From an uncultured Ectothiorhodospiraceae bacterium (GTDB lineage Bacteria > Pseudomonadota > Gammaproteobacteria > UBA9214): a stretch of DNA of 64,000 bases. Position 1 is the stretch's first letter. Every line of letters begins with the position of its first letter. Positions 19,945 to 29,166 of the stretch are shown here, piece by piece. The position numbers were made by a program, and so were the translations under genes. A model generated the notes under the pieces. The model saw only the letters and a list, made by a program, of their open reading frames with translations, was not told where the DNA came from and ran no database searches. Location of the stretch: positions 218 to 64,217 of the forward strand of contig CAYUFA010000009.1 in assembly GCA_964443845.1 (NCBI GenBank). Reading direction: 5' to 3'.

Positions 19945-20167
19945 CGGGGGCTTCCAGCATCTGATCGTAGAGTTCCCAGGCGCTCTGTGCTTCCTGGGGT
20001 GTGATCTTCTGGATGGCATAACCGACATGAACCACGACGTAATCGTCAACGGCAACGTCGGTATCCTGCAGCATGAACAGGCTCACGTCACGTGTCACGC
20101 CCCGGGCGTTACAGTGCGCGGTAAACCCTTCTATCGACTGGATTTGCATCGGGATTCCCAAGCACAC
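19937..20167 (-). CDS. hypC: hydrogenase assembly chaperone HypC
   Basis: MCLGIP N-terminus. 76 aa. Overlaps the hypA start by 8 nt. Confidence 0.85.
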   Translation of the reverse strand: MCLGIPMQIQSIEGFTAHCNARGVTRDVSLFMLQDTDVAVDDYVVVHVGYAIQKITPQEAQSAWELYDQMLEAPDA

Positions 20168-20241
20168 AGGCTACCCCCGCGGCGGGTCGGCCGCAATTAG
20201 TGTCGAAGTTGTCAATAAACCATGAAAAAACCGCAGGCGAA

Positions 20242-20255
20242 TTGACGGTCGTCAA
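20242..20255. promoter_or_regulatory. FNR-type palindromic box TTGACGGTCGTCAA in hypC / hydrogenase-protease divergent promoter
   Basis: Perfect TTGAC-N4-GTCAA, 54-67 bp upstream of the protease ATG and about 75 bp upstream of hypC. Flanked by direct repeats GTCAATAAA(C/G)CATGG. Confidence 0.5.
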
Positions 20256-20308
20256 TAAAGCATGGAACAGCATGCGCTAGATATGGGTCCGGTCCAGAGG
20301 GGTAATTG

Positions 20309-20839
20309 ATGCATCAGAATACACTGATACTTGGCGTCGGCAATACCTTGCTTGCAGATGAAGGTGTTGGTGTACATATGCTCGATTACCTGCGCTGCAA
20401 CACCTCCTGGGCGGAACAGTACAACCTGGTGGATGGTGGTACACTGAGTTTCACGCTCGCACCGCTGCTGGAACAGGCCGGCCGGCTGGTGGTGATCGAT
20501 GCGTCACAGCTGAATGCCCCGCCCGGCACCGTGCGGGTGTTCGAGGGGGCAGATATGGACGAATTTGCCGGGCGTCCCGGGCGCAGCGTGCATGAAGTCA
20601 GTCTGGGCGACCTGCTGGCGATCACGCTGCTGACCGAAACCATCCCCGCGCATCGTGCGCTGGTCGCGATTCAGCCCGAAACCGTGGCGTGGGGGCATAC
20701 GCTCAGCGAATCCGTACAACAGGCACTGCCGCGGGCCGGGCAGGCCATCGAGGAATTGCTCGAGGGCTGGGATGCCGCGCTGGCGACGGAATCGCTGTTC
20801 ACCCGCTTCCGCAACCGCGGCCTGTTGTTCACCGGGTAG
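20309..20839 (+). CDS. [NiFe] hydrogenase maturation endopeptidase (HyaD/HybD/HupD family)
   Basis: LILGVGNTLLADEGVGVH N-terminus with the conserved D/H metal site. RBS AGAGGGG. Confidence 0.85.
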   Translation: MHQNTLILGVGNTLLADEGVGVHMLDYLRCNTSWAEQYNLVDGGTLSFTLAPLLEQAGRLVVIDASQLNAPPGTVRVFEGADMDEFAGRPGRSVHEVSLGDLLAITLLTETIPAHRALVAIQPETVAWGHTLSESVQQALPRAGQAIEELLEGWDAALATESLFTRFRNRGLLFTG

Positions 20840-20846
20840 CGCAGCC

Positions 20847-21251
20847 GTGCTGCCGCACATCGATGACGCGTGCCACTCCGTTCCGGGCAGTGCCGCGACC
20901 GGCAACGTTATCCCGTTGCTGCACGAGGTACGCCACGCGCTGCAGGCATTGCTTGAGCAGGGTGCCGAAACCGTCATCGACCTGCGTGCCATTCCGCTCG
21001 GTCCCGGTGAGGAGGAGCGGATTGCCGAAACCCTGGGCCGGGGCGAGGTGCAGGTGAGCATGTCCGCGCTGGGGCCCAGTGAACTGATCGAAACACGCTA
21101 TCCCGGGGTGTGGATGAGCCTGCACCGGAACCAGGAAGGCGAGGTAATCGGACGCTATATCGAGATTTGCCTGGTACCGTCACTGGTGCGGTCCCAGGAA
21201 GCAGACATCCGGTACGGGTTGCAGGAACTGGACTCGCGGCTACAGGAATAA
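20847..21251 (+). CDS. hydrogenase expression/formation protein, HupH/HyaF C-terminal-like (tentative)
   Basis: GTG start just after the protease stop. RYPGVWMSL...IEIC block recalls HupH_C. Sits between the protease and the small subunit. Confidence 0.4.
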   Translation: MLPHIDDACHSVPGSAATGNVIPLLHEVRHALQALLEQGAETVIDLRAIPLGPGEEERIAETLGRGEVQVSMSALGPSELIETRYPGVWMSLHRNQEGEVIGRYIEICLVPSLVRSQEADIRYGLQELDSRLQE

Positions 21252-21273
21252 CACGGACAGGAGGATACGTGCT

Positions 21274-22443
21274 GTGACGAAAGACCAGACCATAGGTGAG
21301 GCGTTGCGCGCACGTGGCGTATCCAGGCGCGGCTTTCTGAAATTCTGTGCGGCGACGGCTTCGCTCATGGCGTTGCCGCCGGCCATGGTGCCGAAGATTG
21401 CCGCGGCACTGGAAAAGGCGCGCCGCCCGTCGGTGATCTGGCTGTCGTTCCAGGAATGCACCGGCTGTACCGAGTCGCTGACGCGCTCGCACTCCCCGAC
21501 CATCGAAGACCTCATCTTCAACTCCATCTCGCTGGACTACCACCACACCCTGCAGGCCGCTTCCGGCACCGCCGCCGAGGAGGACCGCAAGACGGCCATG
21601 AAGGAGAACTACGGCAAGTACCTGCTGGTCGTGGATGGTTCCATCCCGGTGGGGAATCCGGGCTTTTCCACCATCGCCGGCGTCAGCAACATGGACATGC
21701 TGCTGGAAACGGCGGCCGGCGCCGCGGCCATCATTGCGGTCGGCACCTGTGCGGCATTCGGCGGCATACCATACGCTGATCCGAACCCCACCAAAGCGCG
21801 TTCGGTGACCGCCTTTCTCAAGGAATACGGCAACCGCCTGCCGAACACCTTTACCGTCGACGAGACCGGGCAGACGGATCCCGTCGATGTCACCAACAAG
21901 CCGGTCATCAACGTCTCGGGTTGTCCACCGATCCCGGTGGTGATATCCGGCGTGCTGGCGCACTTCCTGACCTTCGGCAAGCTGCCCGAGCTGGATAGCC
22001 TGGGGCGCCCGATGGCGTTCTACGGCAAGAGCATTCACGACCGTTGCTACCGGCGCCCGTTCTACGACAAGGGGCTGTTTGCAAACAGCTTCGACGACGA
22101 AGGCGCGAAGAAGGGCTGGTGCCTGTACAAGCTGGGTTGCAAGGGGCCGACCACCTATAACGCCTGTGCCACCACCAAGTGGAACGAAGGCACCAGTTTC
22201 CCCATCCAGTCCGGTCATCCCTGCCTGGGTTGTTCGGAGCCGGATTTCTGGGACGGTGGCGGTTTCTACAAGGCGCTCTCCACGCCGACCGGCGATATCA
22301 CGCGTACCGCGGTTTACGCCATCGGTGCCGGCGCCGCGGCCGGGGTCGCACTCGGCGCACTGAACCGGAGCAAGCGTGCCCACATGCGGAAGACACACAG
22401 CAAGGTCGGCATCGATGACCTGGAGAAGGGGGACAAATCATGA
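21274..22443 (+). CDS. hynS: [NiFe] hydrogenase small subunit (Hyn/Isp type)
   Basis: Tat signal RRGFLKFCAATASLMALP. FeS-cluster Cys ligands (CTGCTES, GTCA, GCPP, CxxC). C-terminal hydrophobic anchor. Confidence 0.9.
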   Translation: MTKDQTIGEALRARGVSRRGFLKFCAATASLMALPPAMVPKIAAALEKARRPSVIWLSFQECTGCTESLTRSHSPTIEDLIFNSISLDYHHTLQAASGTAAEEDRKTAMKENYGKYLLVVDGSIPVGNPGFSTIAGVSNMDMLLETAAGAAAIIAVGTCAAFGGIPYADPNPTKARSVTAFLKEYGNRLPNTFTVDETGQTDPVDVTNKPVINVSGCPPIPVVISGVLAHFLTFGKLPELDSLGRPMAFYGKSIHDRCYRRPFYDKGLFANSFDDEGAKKGWCLYKLGCKGPTTYNACATTKWNEGTSFPIQSGHPCLGCSEPDFWDGGGFYKALSTPTGDITRTAVYAIGAGAAAGVALGALNRSKRAHMRKTHSKVGIDDLEKGDKS

Positions 22444-23099
22444 CACCGGCTGAATTGCTGATGTGGGTTCGTGGTCCGGCGCTGCAGTTCGCGACGGTCG
22501 TTTTCGTGGTCGGTGTGGCAGTACGTATCCTGGAAATCCTGCTGCTGGGACGCAAGCCGGACCTGGCCGAGGCGCGCGGTTCCGAAGTGATCGGCGGCCT
22601 GCGTACCATCATATCCCGCAGCATACCGGACCGTGGCACCCTGCAGCGCTCCAGTTTCAACGTCGTCGCGGGTTATATCTTTCACGCCGGATTCTTCCTT
22701 GCGCTGTTTTTCTTCGCGCCGCACATCCTGCTGCTGCACGACGTGTTCGGGGTCTACTGGCCGTCGTTACCGACCCAGTTCATCGATGCGCTGACCGTGG
22801 TCAGCATCATCACCCTGCTGGCGGTGCTGTTCCACCGTATCACCCACAAGGTCATGCGCTTTCTGTCGCGTCCCTCCGACTACGTGGCATGGTTGCTGAC
22901 CATCCTGCCGCTCATCACGGGATACCTGGCGTTTCACCGTGTCGGGCTGGCGCCGCCATTGCTGATGGCGCTGCATATCGGCAGCGTGGAACTGCTCATG
23001 ATCGTGTTTCCGTTCACCAAGCTGATGCACGCATTCACGCTGTTTCTCGGGCGCTACTACAACGGCGCAATCGCCGGCCGCAGGGGGGTGAACGCATGA
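22440..23099 (+). CDS. isp1: Isp1, membrane b-type cytochrome (NarI/DsrM/HdrE-like)
   Basis: 5-TM protein with conserved His pairs. ATGA overlap with hynS, and ATGA overlap with isp2. Confidence 0.8.
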   Translation: MTPAELLMWVRGPALQFATVVFVVGVAVRILEILLLGRKPDLAEARGSEVIGGLRTIISRSIPDRGTLQRSSFNVVAGYIFHAGFFLALFFFAPHILLLHDVFGVYWPSLPTQFIDALTVVSIITLLAVLFHRITHKVMRFLSRPSDYVAWLLTILPLITGYLAFHRVGLAPPLLMALHIGSVELLMIVFPFTKLMHAFTLFLGRYYNGAIAGRRGVNA

Positions 23100-24355
23100 G
23101 CGCCAGCCTGGAACAGGGAATACACGCATTCAAGGAGCAGATCGATGCCCCGGTGGCTACTTTTTTCAGCAGCTGTGTACGCTGCGGGTTGTGTGCCCAG
23201 GCCTGCCTGTTCTATACCGAGACCGGTAACCCGGAGTACACGCCGATTCACAAGCTGGAACCGCTGCGCCGGGTCTGGAAACAGGAGTACACCTTCTGGG
23301 GCCGCTACGCCAAGGCGTTCGGGCTGAGCAAGCCGGTGACCGACGCCGAACTGGGGGACTGGGAAAAGTACGTGTACGACAGCTGCACGATGTGTGGCCG
23401 CTGTTCCATGGTGTGCCCGGTCGGTAATGACATTGCCTACATGATCCGCCGCATGCGCGAGGGGATGGCGGCGGCAGGACATGCGCCGGAGGGCCTGGTC
23501 GGCGCCACCCGGCGGGCAATCACCATCGGCAGTCCCATGGGCGTGAAGCTGCCGGCCCTGCAGGCACAGATCCGCAATGCCGAGCAGGAGTCTGGACTGA
23601 AAATCCCGGTGGATGTCCAGGGGGCCGACTACATGGTGCTGCTGTCATCCATGGAGATCATGAACTTCCCGGAATTCATCAGCGCCATCGCCAGGATCTT
23701 CGAGCGCGCCAACGTGAGCTGGACCATTTCCAGCGAGGCCTTCGAGGCGACCAACAGCGGCATCCAGATCGGGGTGTCCGAACTGGCCGCCGAGCTGGTG
23801 CAGCGCGTCGTCGATGCCGCGGAAAAACTGCAGGTGAAGAATGTCATCAGCCCGGAATGCGGGCATGCCTACTTCGCGATTCGCTGGGAAGGCCCGAACC
23901 TGGTCGGCAAGGCGTTCAACTTCAAGGTGGTGCACATCCTGGAACTCCTCGACGACCTGCGCAAGCAGGGCCGCCTCAAGGTCAGCAGCAAGGAAACGCA
24001 GAAACTGACCTATCACGATCCCTGCCAGATCACGCGCCGTGGCGGTGTGGCGGAGCAGCCGCGCAACCTGCTCAACATGGTCGCGGAGAATTTTGTCGAG
24101 ATGCCGGAGCACGGCACCATGAACTGGTGCTGCGGCGCGGGCGGCGGCGTCAGCACCAACGAGCGTGCCGACGAACTGCGGCTCAAGGCTTTCAAGCGCA
24201 AGCAGGCCCAGCTCAATGCCGTGCAGCCTGATGCACTGGTATCGGCCTGTTCCAACTGTCGCATACAGCTGGAAGAGGGTCTGGAAGAAAACAGCATGGA
24301 TATCCCGGTCCTGAGCCTGACCGAGACGATTGCCGCACACCTGTCCGATGACTGA
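23096..24355 (+). CDS. isp2: Isp2, HdrD/DsrK-like Fe-S protein with CCG domains
   Basis: Two 4Fe-4S motifs (CVRCGLCAQAC, CTMCGRCSMVCP) and Cys-rich CCG repeats (DPCQ...CCGAGGG). Confidence 0.8.
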   Translation: MSASLEQGIHAFKEQIDAPVATFFSSCVRCGLCAQACLFYTETGNPEYTPIHKLEPLRRVWKQEYTFWGRYAKAFGLSKPVTDAELGDWEKYVYDSCTMCGRCSMVCPVGNDIAYMIRRMREGMAAAGHAPEGLVGATRRAITIGSPMGVKLPALQAQIRNAEQESGLKIPVDVQGADYMVLLSSMEIMNFPEFISAIARIFERANVSWTISSEAFEATNSGIQIGVSELAAELVQRVVDAAEKLQVKNVISPECGHAYFAIRWEGPNLVGKAFNFKVVHILELLDDLRKQGRLKVSSKETQKLTYHDPCQITRRGGVAEQPRNLLNMVAENFVEMPEHGTMNWCCGAGGGVSTNERADELRLKAFKRKQAQLNAVQPDALVSACSNCRIQLEEGLEENSMDIPVLSLTETIAAHLSDD

Positions 24356-24374
24356 ACCGGCGGAGCGAACACAG

Positions 24375-24830
24375 ATGACCACGATTACCAACGACGTGAA
24401 GTTCAGGCAACTGGTCTCCGGGCTGGATGCTGCCAGGCAGCGCGCGCTGGCCGCCCGCTTTGTCGGGCACGTGCTGGATCTTTGCAGCGACGAGCGGGTT
24501 ACCCGAGTGGCACAGGTGGCGGCAAAGTCCGACGCCTCCGCCAGTGAACTTGCCACGGCGCTGCATACCGCGCGCACCGCAGCGATCGAAAGCCACAACC
24601 GCTGTGGTGCGGAGTGTGACTGGAAGGACCAGGCCGGCTACTTCGTGGCCCGTGCCGCGGTAGCCGCCATTACGCCGGCTGACCAGATGCCCGGCGGACC
24701 GGCCTGGCAGGCGGCCGTCAGCAGCCGCATGGCGCGTACCTGCGAGTCGATCGACACGGCGGCGGAGAACGCCGGCACGGAGCAGGACTACCAGTACCGC
24801 ACCCTGGCGGAATTTCTCGAACCCCGATGA
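24375..24830 (+). CDS. hypothetical protein inserted between isp2 and hynL
   Basis: High-GC3 coding frame. GGAG RBS 11 nt upstream of the ATG. No family recognised. Confidence 0.45.
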   Translation: MTTITNDVKFRQLVSGLDAARQRALAARFVGHVLDLCSDERVTRVAQVAAKSDASASELATALHTARTAAIESHNRCGAECDWKDQAGYFVARAAVAAITPADQMPGGPAWQAAVSSRMARTCESIDTAAENAGTEQDYQYRTLAEFLEPR

Positions 24831-24841
24831 GAGAGTGAGCT

Positions 24842-26563
24842 ATGACCGAGCGCGTCGTTGTTGATCCTATTACCCGCATCGAAGGCCACCTGCGCATCGA
24901 GGCGCAAATGGACGGTGACCGAATTGCCAAGGCATACTCGGCCGGCACCATGGTGCGTGGCATCGAGATCATCCTGCGCGGACGCGATCCGCGCGACGCC
25001 TGGGCGTTTGCACAGCGCATCTGCGGTGTCTGCACGCTGGTGCACGGCCTGGCATCGATCCGCGCAGTGGAGAATGCGCTGGATTACGAAATTCCGCCGA
25101 ATGCCCAGCTGATCCGCAACCTCATGAGCGGTGCGCAGTACATCCATGACCACGTCATGCATTTCTATCACCTGCATGCACTCGACTGGGTGGACGTGGT
25201 TTCCGCACTGCAAGCCGACCCCAAGGCGACCTCGGACCTGGCCCAGTCCATCAGCAACTATTCGCGTTCCTCGCCCGGGTACTTCTCCGACGTCAGGAAG
25301 AAGCTCAAGGACTTCGTGGAATCCGGTCAGCTGGGAATCTTTGCCAACGCCTACTGGGGCCACCCGGCCTACAAACTGCCGCCGGAGGCCAATCTGATGG
25401 CCGTCGCGCACTACCTCGATGCGCTGGCCTGGCAGCGGGACGCCGCCAAGCTGCACGCCATCTTCGGCGGCAAGAATCCGCATCCGAATTTCCTGGTCGG
25501 GGGGGTTGCCTGCCCGATTGATCTCAATTCGGACTCCGCCATCAATGCCGAGCGGCTCGCGCAGGTGCAGCGGATCATCACGCAGATGCGTGATTTCGTC
25601 GACCAGGTCTACATTCCCGATCTGCTCGCGATCGCCGGCTTCTACAAGGACTGGGGCGGGCGCGGGGAAGGACTCGGCAACTTCCTTACCTACGGGGATT
25701 TCCCCGAACACGGCATGAACGATCCGGCCTCTTTCCTGATCCCGGGTGGAGCCATCCTCAATCGCGACCTGTCTACCATTCACCCGGTCGACATGAACGC
25801 CAGCGACGAAATCCAGGAGTTCGTGGCACATTCCTGGTACGACTACTCGACCGGCAAGGAGAACGGTCTGCATCCCTACGACGGAGAGACCAGCCTGAAC
25901 TACACCGGGCCGCAGCCGCCGTATCGTGCACTGGACGTGGACCAGTCCTATTCCTGGCTGAAGTCGCCGCGCTGGAAGGGACACGCGATGGAAGTCGGGC
26001 CACTGGCACGCGTGCTGATGCTGTATGCCACTGGCCATGAGCAGACCAAGGAACTGGTCAACATGACGCTGGGCAAGCTGGACGTCCCGGTGCAGGCGCT
26101 GTTTTCCACGCTGGGCCGTACCGCGGCACGCGGGCTGGAGACCAAGATCATCGCAGACCACATGCAGACCTGGTATGACCACCTGGTGGCAAACATCAAG
26201 GCCGGCGACACCAAGACCTTCAACGAGAAGTTGTGGGAACCATCGAGCTGGCCGAAGACGGCCCGCGGGGTCGGCTTCATGGAGGCGCCGCGCGGCGGGC
26301 TGGCGCACTGGATCGTGATCGAGGACGAGATCATCAAGAACTACCAGGCGGTGGTTCCGAGCACCTGGAACGCGGGCCCGCGCGACCCGAACGGCCAGCC
26401 GGGTGCCTACGAGGCAGCACTGGCCGACAACCACACGCTGTATGACCCGAAACAGCCCGTCGAGATCCTGCGCACCATCCACAGTTTCGACCCGTGCATT
26501 GCCTGCGCCGTGCACGTCACCGATCCGGATGGCGAGGAACTGATCAAGGTCAAGGTGCGCTGA
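24842..26563 (+). CDS. hynL: [NiFe] hydrogenase large subunit
   Basis: RIEGH N-terminal motif, RICGVCT and C-terminal DPCIACAVH Ni-Fe ligands, followed by a cleavable extension. Confidence 0.92.
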   Translation: MTERVVVDPITRIEGHLRIEAQMDGDRIAKAYSAGTMVRGIEIILRGRDPRDAWAFAQRICGVCTLVHGLASIRAVENALDYEIPPNAQLIRNLMSGAQYIHDHVMHFYHLHALDWVDVVSALQADPKATSDLAQSISNYSRSSPGYFSDVRKKLKDFVESGQLGIFANAYWGHPAYKLPPEANLMAVAHYLDALAWQRDAAKLHAIFGGKNPHPNFLVGGVACPIDLNSDSAINAERLAQVQRIITQMRDFVDQVYIPDLLAIAGFYKDWGGRGEGLGNFLTYGDFPEHGMNDPASFLIPGGAILNRDLSTIHPVDMNASDEIQEFVAHSWYDYSTGKENGLHPYDGETSLNYTGPQPPYRALDVDQSYSWLKSPRWKGHAMEVGPLARVLMLYATGHEQTKELVNMTLGKLDVPVQALFSTLGRTAARGLETKIIADHMQTWYDHLVANIKAGDTKTFNEKLWEPSSWPKTARGVGFMEAPRGGLAHWIVIEDEIIKNYQAVVPSTWNAGPRDPNGQPGAYEAALADNHTLYDPKQPVEILRTIHSFDPCIACAVHVTDPDGEELIKVKVR

Positions 26564-26609
26564 GCCCGACGGCTATTCCACCAATCATCAACCCTGAGCT
26601 GGAGAAGAT

Positions 26610-27137
26610 ATGTCACTGAACTCAATTTGCAAGATTTTGATCACTGCCATCCTGCTGCTGGTTGCACCACTGGCCTCGGCGCATCCCGGGCACGCCGGGG
26701 CCGGGCTGGTCGACGGATTCATGCACCCGGCTACCGGCATCGATCACCTGCTGGTGGCTATCGCCGCCGGCTACTGGGCGGCGCGGCGTGATGATCACGG
26801 GCTGCATGGACACGGACTGTTCATGGGGCTGTTCGTGGCGGGGATCCTGCTGGGCGCGGCGGGTATCCGCTGGTTCCAGGTCGATATCACGCCGGCACTG
26901 ATGCTGGTGCTGATCGTAGTGGTCATCACGGTGGCCATCGGCGCCACATCCTGGTTCCTGCATGCGCTGTTCGGCAGCCTGGCCCTGTACCAGGGCGTGC
27001 AACACATGGCCGGGATGCCGGCGGATACGCCCCTGACCGGGTTCGCGCTCGGCCTGGTGCTGGCAACGGGCGTGCTGCTGCTCGTCGGCCAGATGGTGCG
27101 CCATGTCGTCAGTTCGCGCACGCCGCATTCACCGTGA
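26610..27137 (+). CDS. hupE: HupE/UreJ family nickel transporter
   Basis: Signal peptide then HPGHAG...GFMHP...GIDHLL His-rich motifs and 6 TM. Confidence 0.8.
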   Translation: MSLNSICKILITAILLLVAPLASAHPGHAGAGLVDGFMHPATGIDHLLVAIAAGYWAARRDDHGLHGHGLFMGLFVAGILLGAAGIRWFQVDITPALMLVLIVVVITVAIGATSWFLHALFGSLALYQGVQHMAGMPADTPLTGFALGLVLATGVLLLVGQMVRHVVSSRTPHSP

Positions 27138-27174
27138 CAGGACACTGACAGAACAACAACGACCGGAGGGGTAC

Positions 27175-27684
27175 ATGAGCGCTGCAGATTGCACGGAATT
27201 GCCGGTCAATGCCGCCGTGGTCCAGGGTTCCCCGCTGGGCGAGGAACTGGACGACGCGCAGTGCGAGGCACTGGCCGGGGTCATGTCGGCGTGCGCAATC
27301 AAGGACTGTTCCTACCTGCTCCGGGAGGGCCAGAAGGACGACTGCCTGTACGTGCTGGTCAAGGGGAACATGGAGGCGGTCGCCCAGGCCGCTTCGGGCG
27401 ACCCGGTCGGCCTGCACATCCTGCGTGCGGGTGATATCCTCGGTGCCCTCGGATTCCTGGATGGCGTGGAACACTCCGCCAGCCTGCGGGCCATTGGTAA
27501 CTGCGAACTCTTGCGGCTCGACCGGAGCGCGCTGGAGGGCCTGCTGGACCATGATCGCGACATCGTTTACAAGGTGATGCGCGCGATCATGCGCAACGTG
27601 CATCGCATCCTGCGCAACATGAACTTCCAGCAGGTGGAACTGACCCGCCACATCGAGCGGCAGAACGAGCACTACCGGAAATAA
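27175..27684 (+). CDS. cyclic-nucleotide-binding domain protein (no DNA-binding domain)
   Basis: cNMP-binding beta-roll pattern (YLLREGQKDDCLYVLVKG...GDILGALGFLDG...SLRA). Only 169 aa. Confidence 0.6.
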   Translation: MSAADCTELPVNAAVVQGSPLGEELDDAQCEALAGVMSACAIKDCSYLLREGQKDDCLYVLVKGNMEAVAQAASGDPVGLHILRAGDILGALGFLDGVEHSASLRAIGNCELLRLDRSALEGLLDHDRDIVYKVMRAIMRNVHRILRNMNFQQVELTRHIERQNEHYRK

Positions 27685-27685
27685 A

Positions 27686-27737
27686 CCGGGCCGGTTCCCG
27701 GCTTCCCCGGGGAGGGATGGCCGGGAACCGGCCCCGG
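27686..27737. terminator. bidirectional intrinsic-terminator-like hairpin between convergent cNMP-binding gene and porin gene
   Basis: CCGGGCCGGTTCCCGGC / GCCGGGAACCGGCCC(C)GG form a 17-bp stem with about a 16-nt loop, 2 nt after the TAA stop. Confidence 0.6.
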
Positions 27738-27793
27738 TATCCACTGCAGGATTCCCGGTCCGGTGCCGTCAGGGCGCTGCCAGTCGCTACCGG

Positions 27794-28849
27794 CTAGAAC
27801 TTGACCTGCGCAAAGACACCGATTTCGCTGTAGGTCCCGTCGTTGGAGCCACCAATGGTGCCGTTGCTGGTACTGATGGAGCCGTTCTCGACCTTGTCGT
27901 GCTTGTAGACCAGCGCCAGGTCCACGTTCTTGTAGGCCTGGTAGGCAACACCGAGGTTGTAATAGGTGTCCTTCAGTGACGGCGCAGTGTCCTTGTTCGG
28001 CTTGGCATGGTCGTAGCGGGCAAACAGGGCCACCTTTTCCATCGGCTTCACGCTGCCCCACAGGGAATAGCCGTCCGCCTTGTCGGAAGGGTTGGCAGTC
28101 AGCACGGCATTACCCCAGTCCTTGGCGCTGAAATACTCGGCTCCGACGTTGAACAGGTCGTTCTGGTAGGCACCTGTCAGGTCCCAGCGACTGGCGTCAC
28201 GGGTGGAGGGGCCGCCGTATGTTTCATTTCCCAGCTTGCCGTCATAGTAGCCGGCAGCCAGTGTCACGCCATCGACGGGGTGAATGCCGATGCGGCCCTC
28301 GAAGTCGACGGATTTGGAGCGGGTTGGCTTCTTGTACCCGTTGCCGTTGACGACGGACGCGGCATAGTCGAACATCCCGTCGCCCAGCTTGCCGCCGGCA
28401 TGCAGGCCCCAGTCGGCGGATGTCCCGAACTTCAGGCGATCGATCAGGGTATTCTCCACCCAGCGGTAGCCATACAGGTGCTCCACGTAGGGCACCCAGG
28501 GCAGGTCGGCGGAGCCGGCACGCAGCTTGAAGGCATCCGAGAATGCGGCCTGCACGTAGGCCTTCTTCACGAACAGCTGGGTCTCGGAATCGTTACTGAC
28601 GTAGTTGAAATCGGTTGTCAGGTTCGCCGACCACATGTCATTGAACCTGTGGTCGATGGCCAGGTAGAAGCGCTTGACGTCCGCGCCGATACCGCTGTTA
28701 CTGGTTTTTACGCCGTCACTTTTCTGGTCAATGCTGGTGAAATCGATATATGTCTTGCCACCCACGGTGGTGTTCTGGCTGGCCACGGCATTCAGGCTGA
28801 GCAGGCCCATGGCTGTCGCAATCGCTAGCGCAAGTTTGCTGTTTTGCAT
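27794..28849 (-). CDS. outer-membrane porin, likely phosphate-selective OprO/OprP type
   Basis: Signal peptide MQNSKLALAIATAMGLLSLNAVA. Beta-barrel alternation and C-terminal aromatic (VFAQVKF). Pho box upstream. pst and phoH neighbours. Confidence 0.7.
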   Translation of the reverse strand: MQNSKLALAIATAMGLLSLNAVASQNTTVGGKTYIDFTSIDQKSDGVKTSNSGIGADVKRFYLAIDHRFNDMWSANLTTDFNYVSNDSETQLFVKKAYVQAAFSDAFKLRAGSADLPWVPYVEHLYGYRWVENTLIDRLKFGTSADWGLHAGGKLGDGMFDYAASVVNGNGYKKPTRSKSVDFEGRIGIHPVDGVTLAAGYYDGKLGNETYGGPSTRDASRWDLTGAYQNDLFNVGAEYFSAKDWGNAVLTANPSDKADGYSLWGSVKPMEKVALFARYDHAKPNKDTAPSLKDTYYNLGVAYQAYKNVDLALVYKHDKVENGSISTSNGTIGGSNDGTYSEIGVFAQVKF

Positions 28850-29024
28850 GGTTGGGTTCCTCGGGTCATGGATAAGAAAAACCAGGCCGGGGCCTGGATG
28901 GTCATTCAACCCGCGCGCCGGCGGGCAATGGGTACAAAGCAGTGCAGTCAGTCCTGGTTCTATCCATGCACCAGTTAACCCGCTTTGAATTGCGCGTAAA
29001 TTACATTGGTAATATTTCAGAATT

Positions 29025-29042
29025 GTGATAGAAATATGACAG
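29025..29042 (-). promoter_or_regulatory. Pho box (CTGTCATATTTCTATCAC) upstream of porin gene
   Basis: Minus-strand reading gives CTGTCAT-ATTT-CTATCAC (7-4-7, one mismatch) in an AT-rich promoter region about 175 nt upstream of the porin ATG. Confidence 0.55.
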
Positions 29043-29166
29043 GACTGTGACATCCGCAGGTGTGTGGGGGATGTGACCCGGTGACTCGACGCCCTGTCCG
29101 GGCAGCATGCAGGTGTGCAGGCCGTAACGAACGGCAGGGCGGGGCCTGCTCGGGAAGGCCACGGGT

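Noticed and set aside
20263-20278. Possible sigma-54 promoter (TGGAAC-N5-..GCGCT) upstream of the hydrogenase protease gene
   Set aside because: Only a partial match to the TGGCAC-N5-TTGCW consensus. A perfect FNR box lies immediately upstream, which makes a sigma-70/FNR class II promoter more likely.
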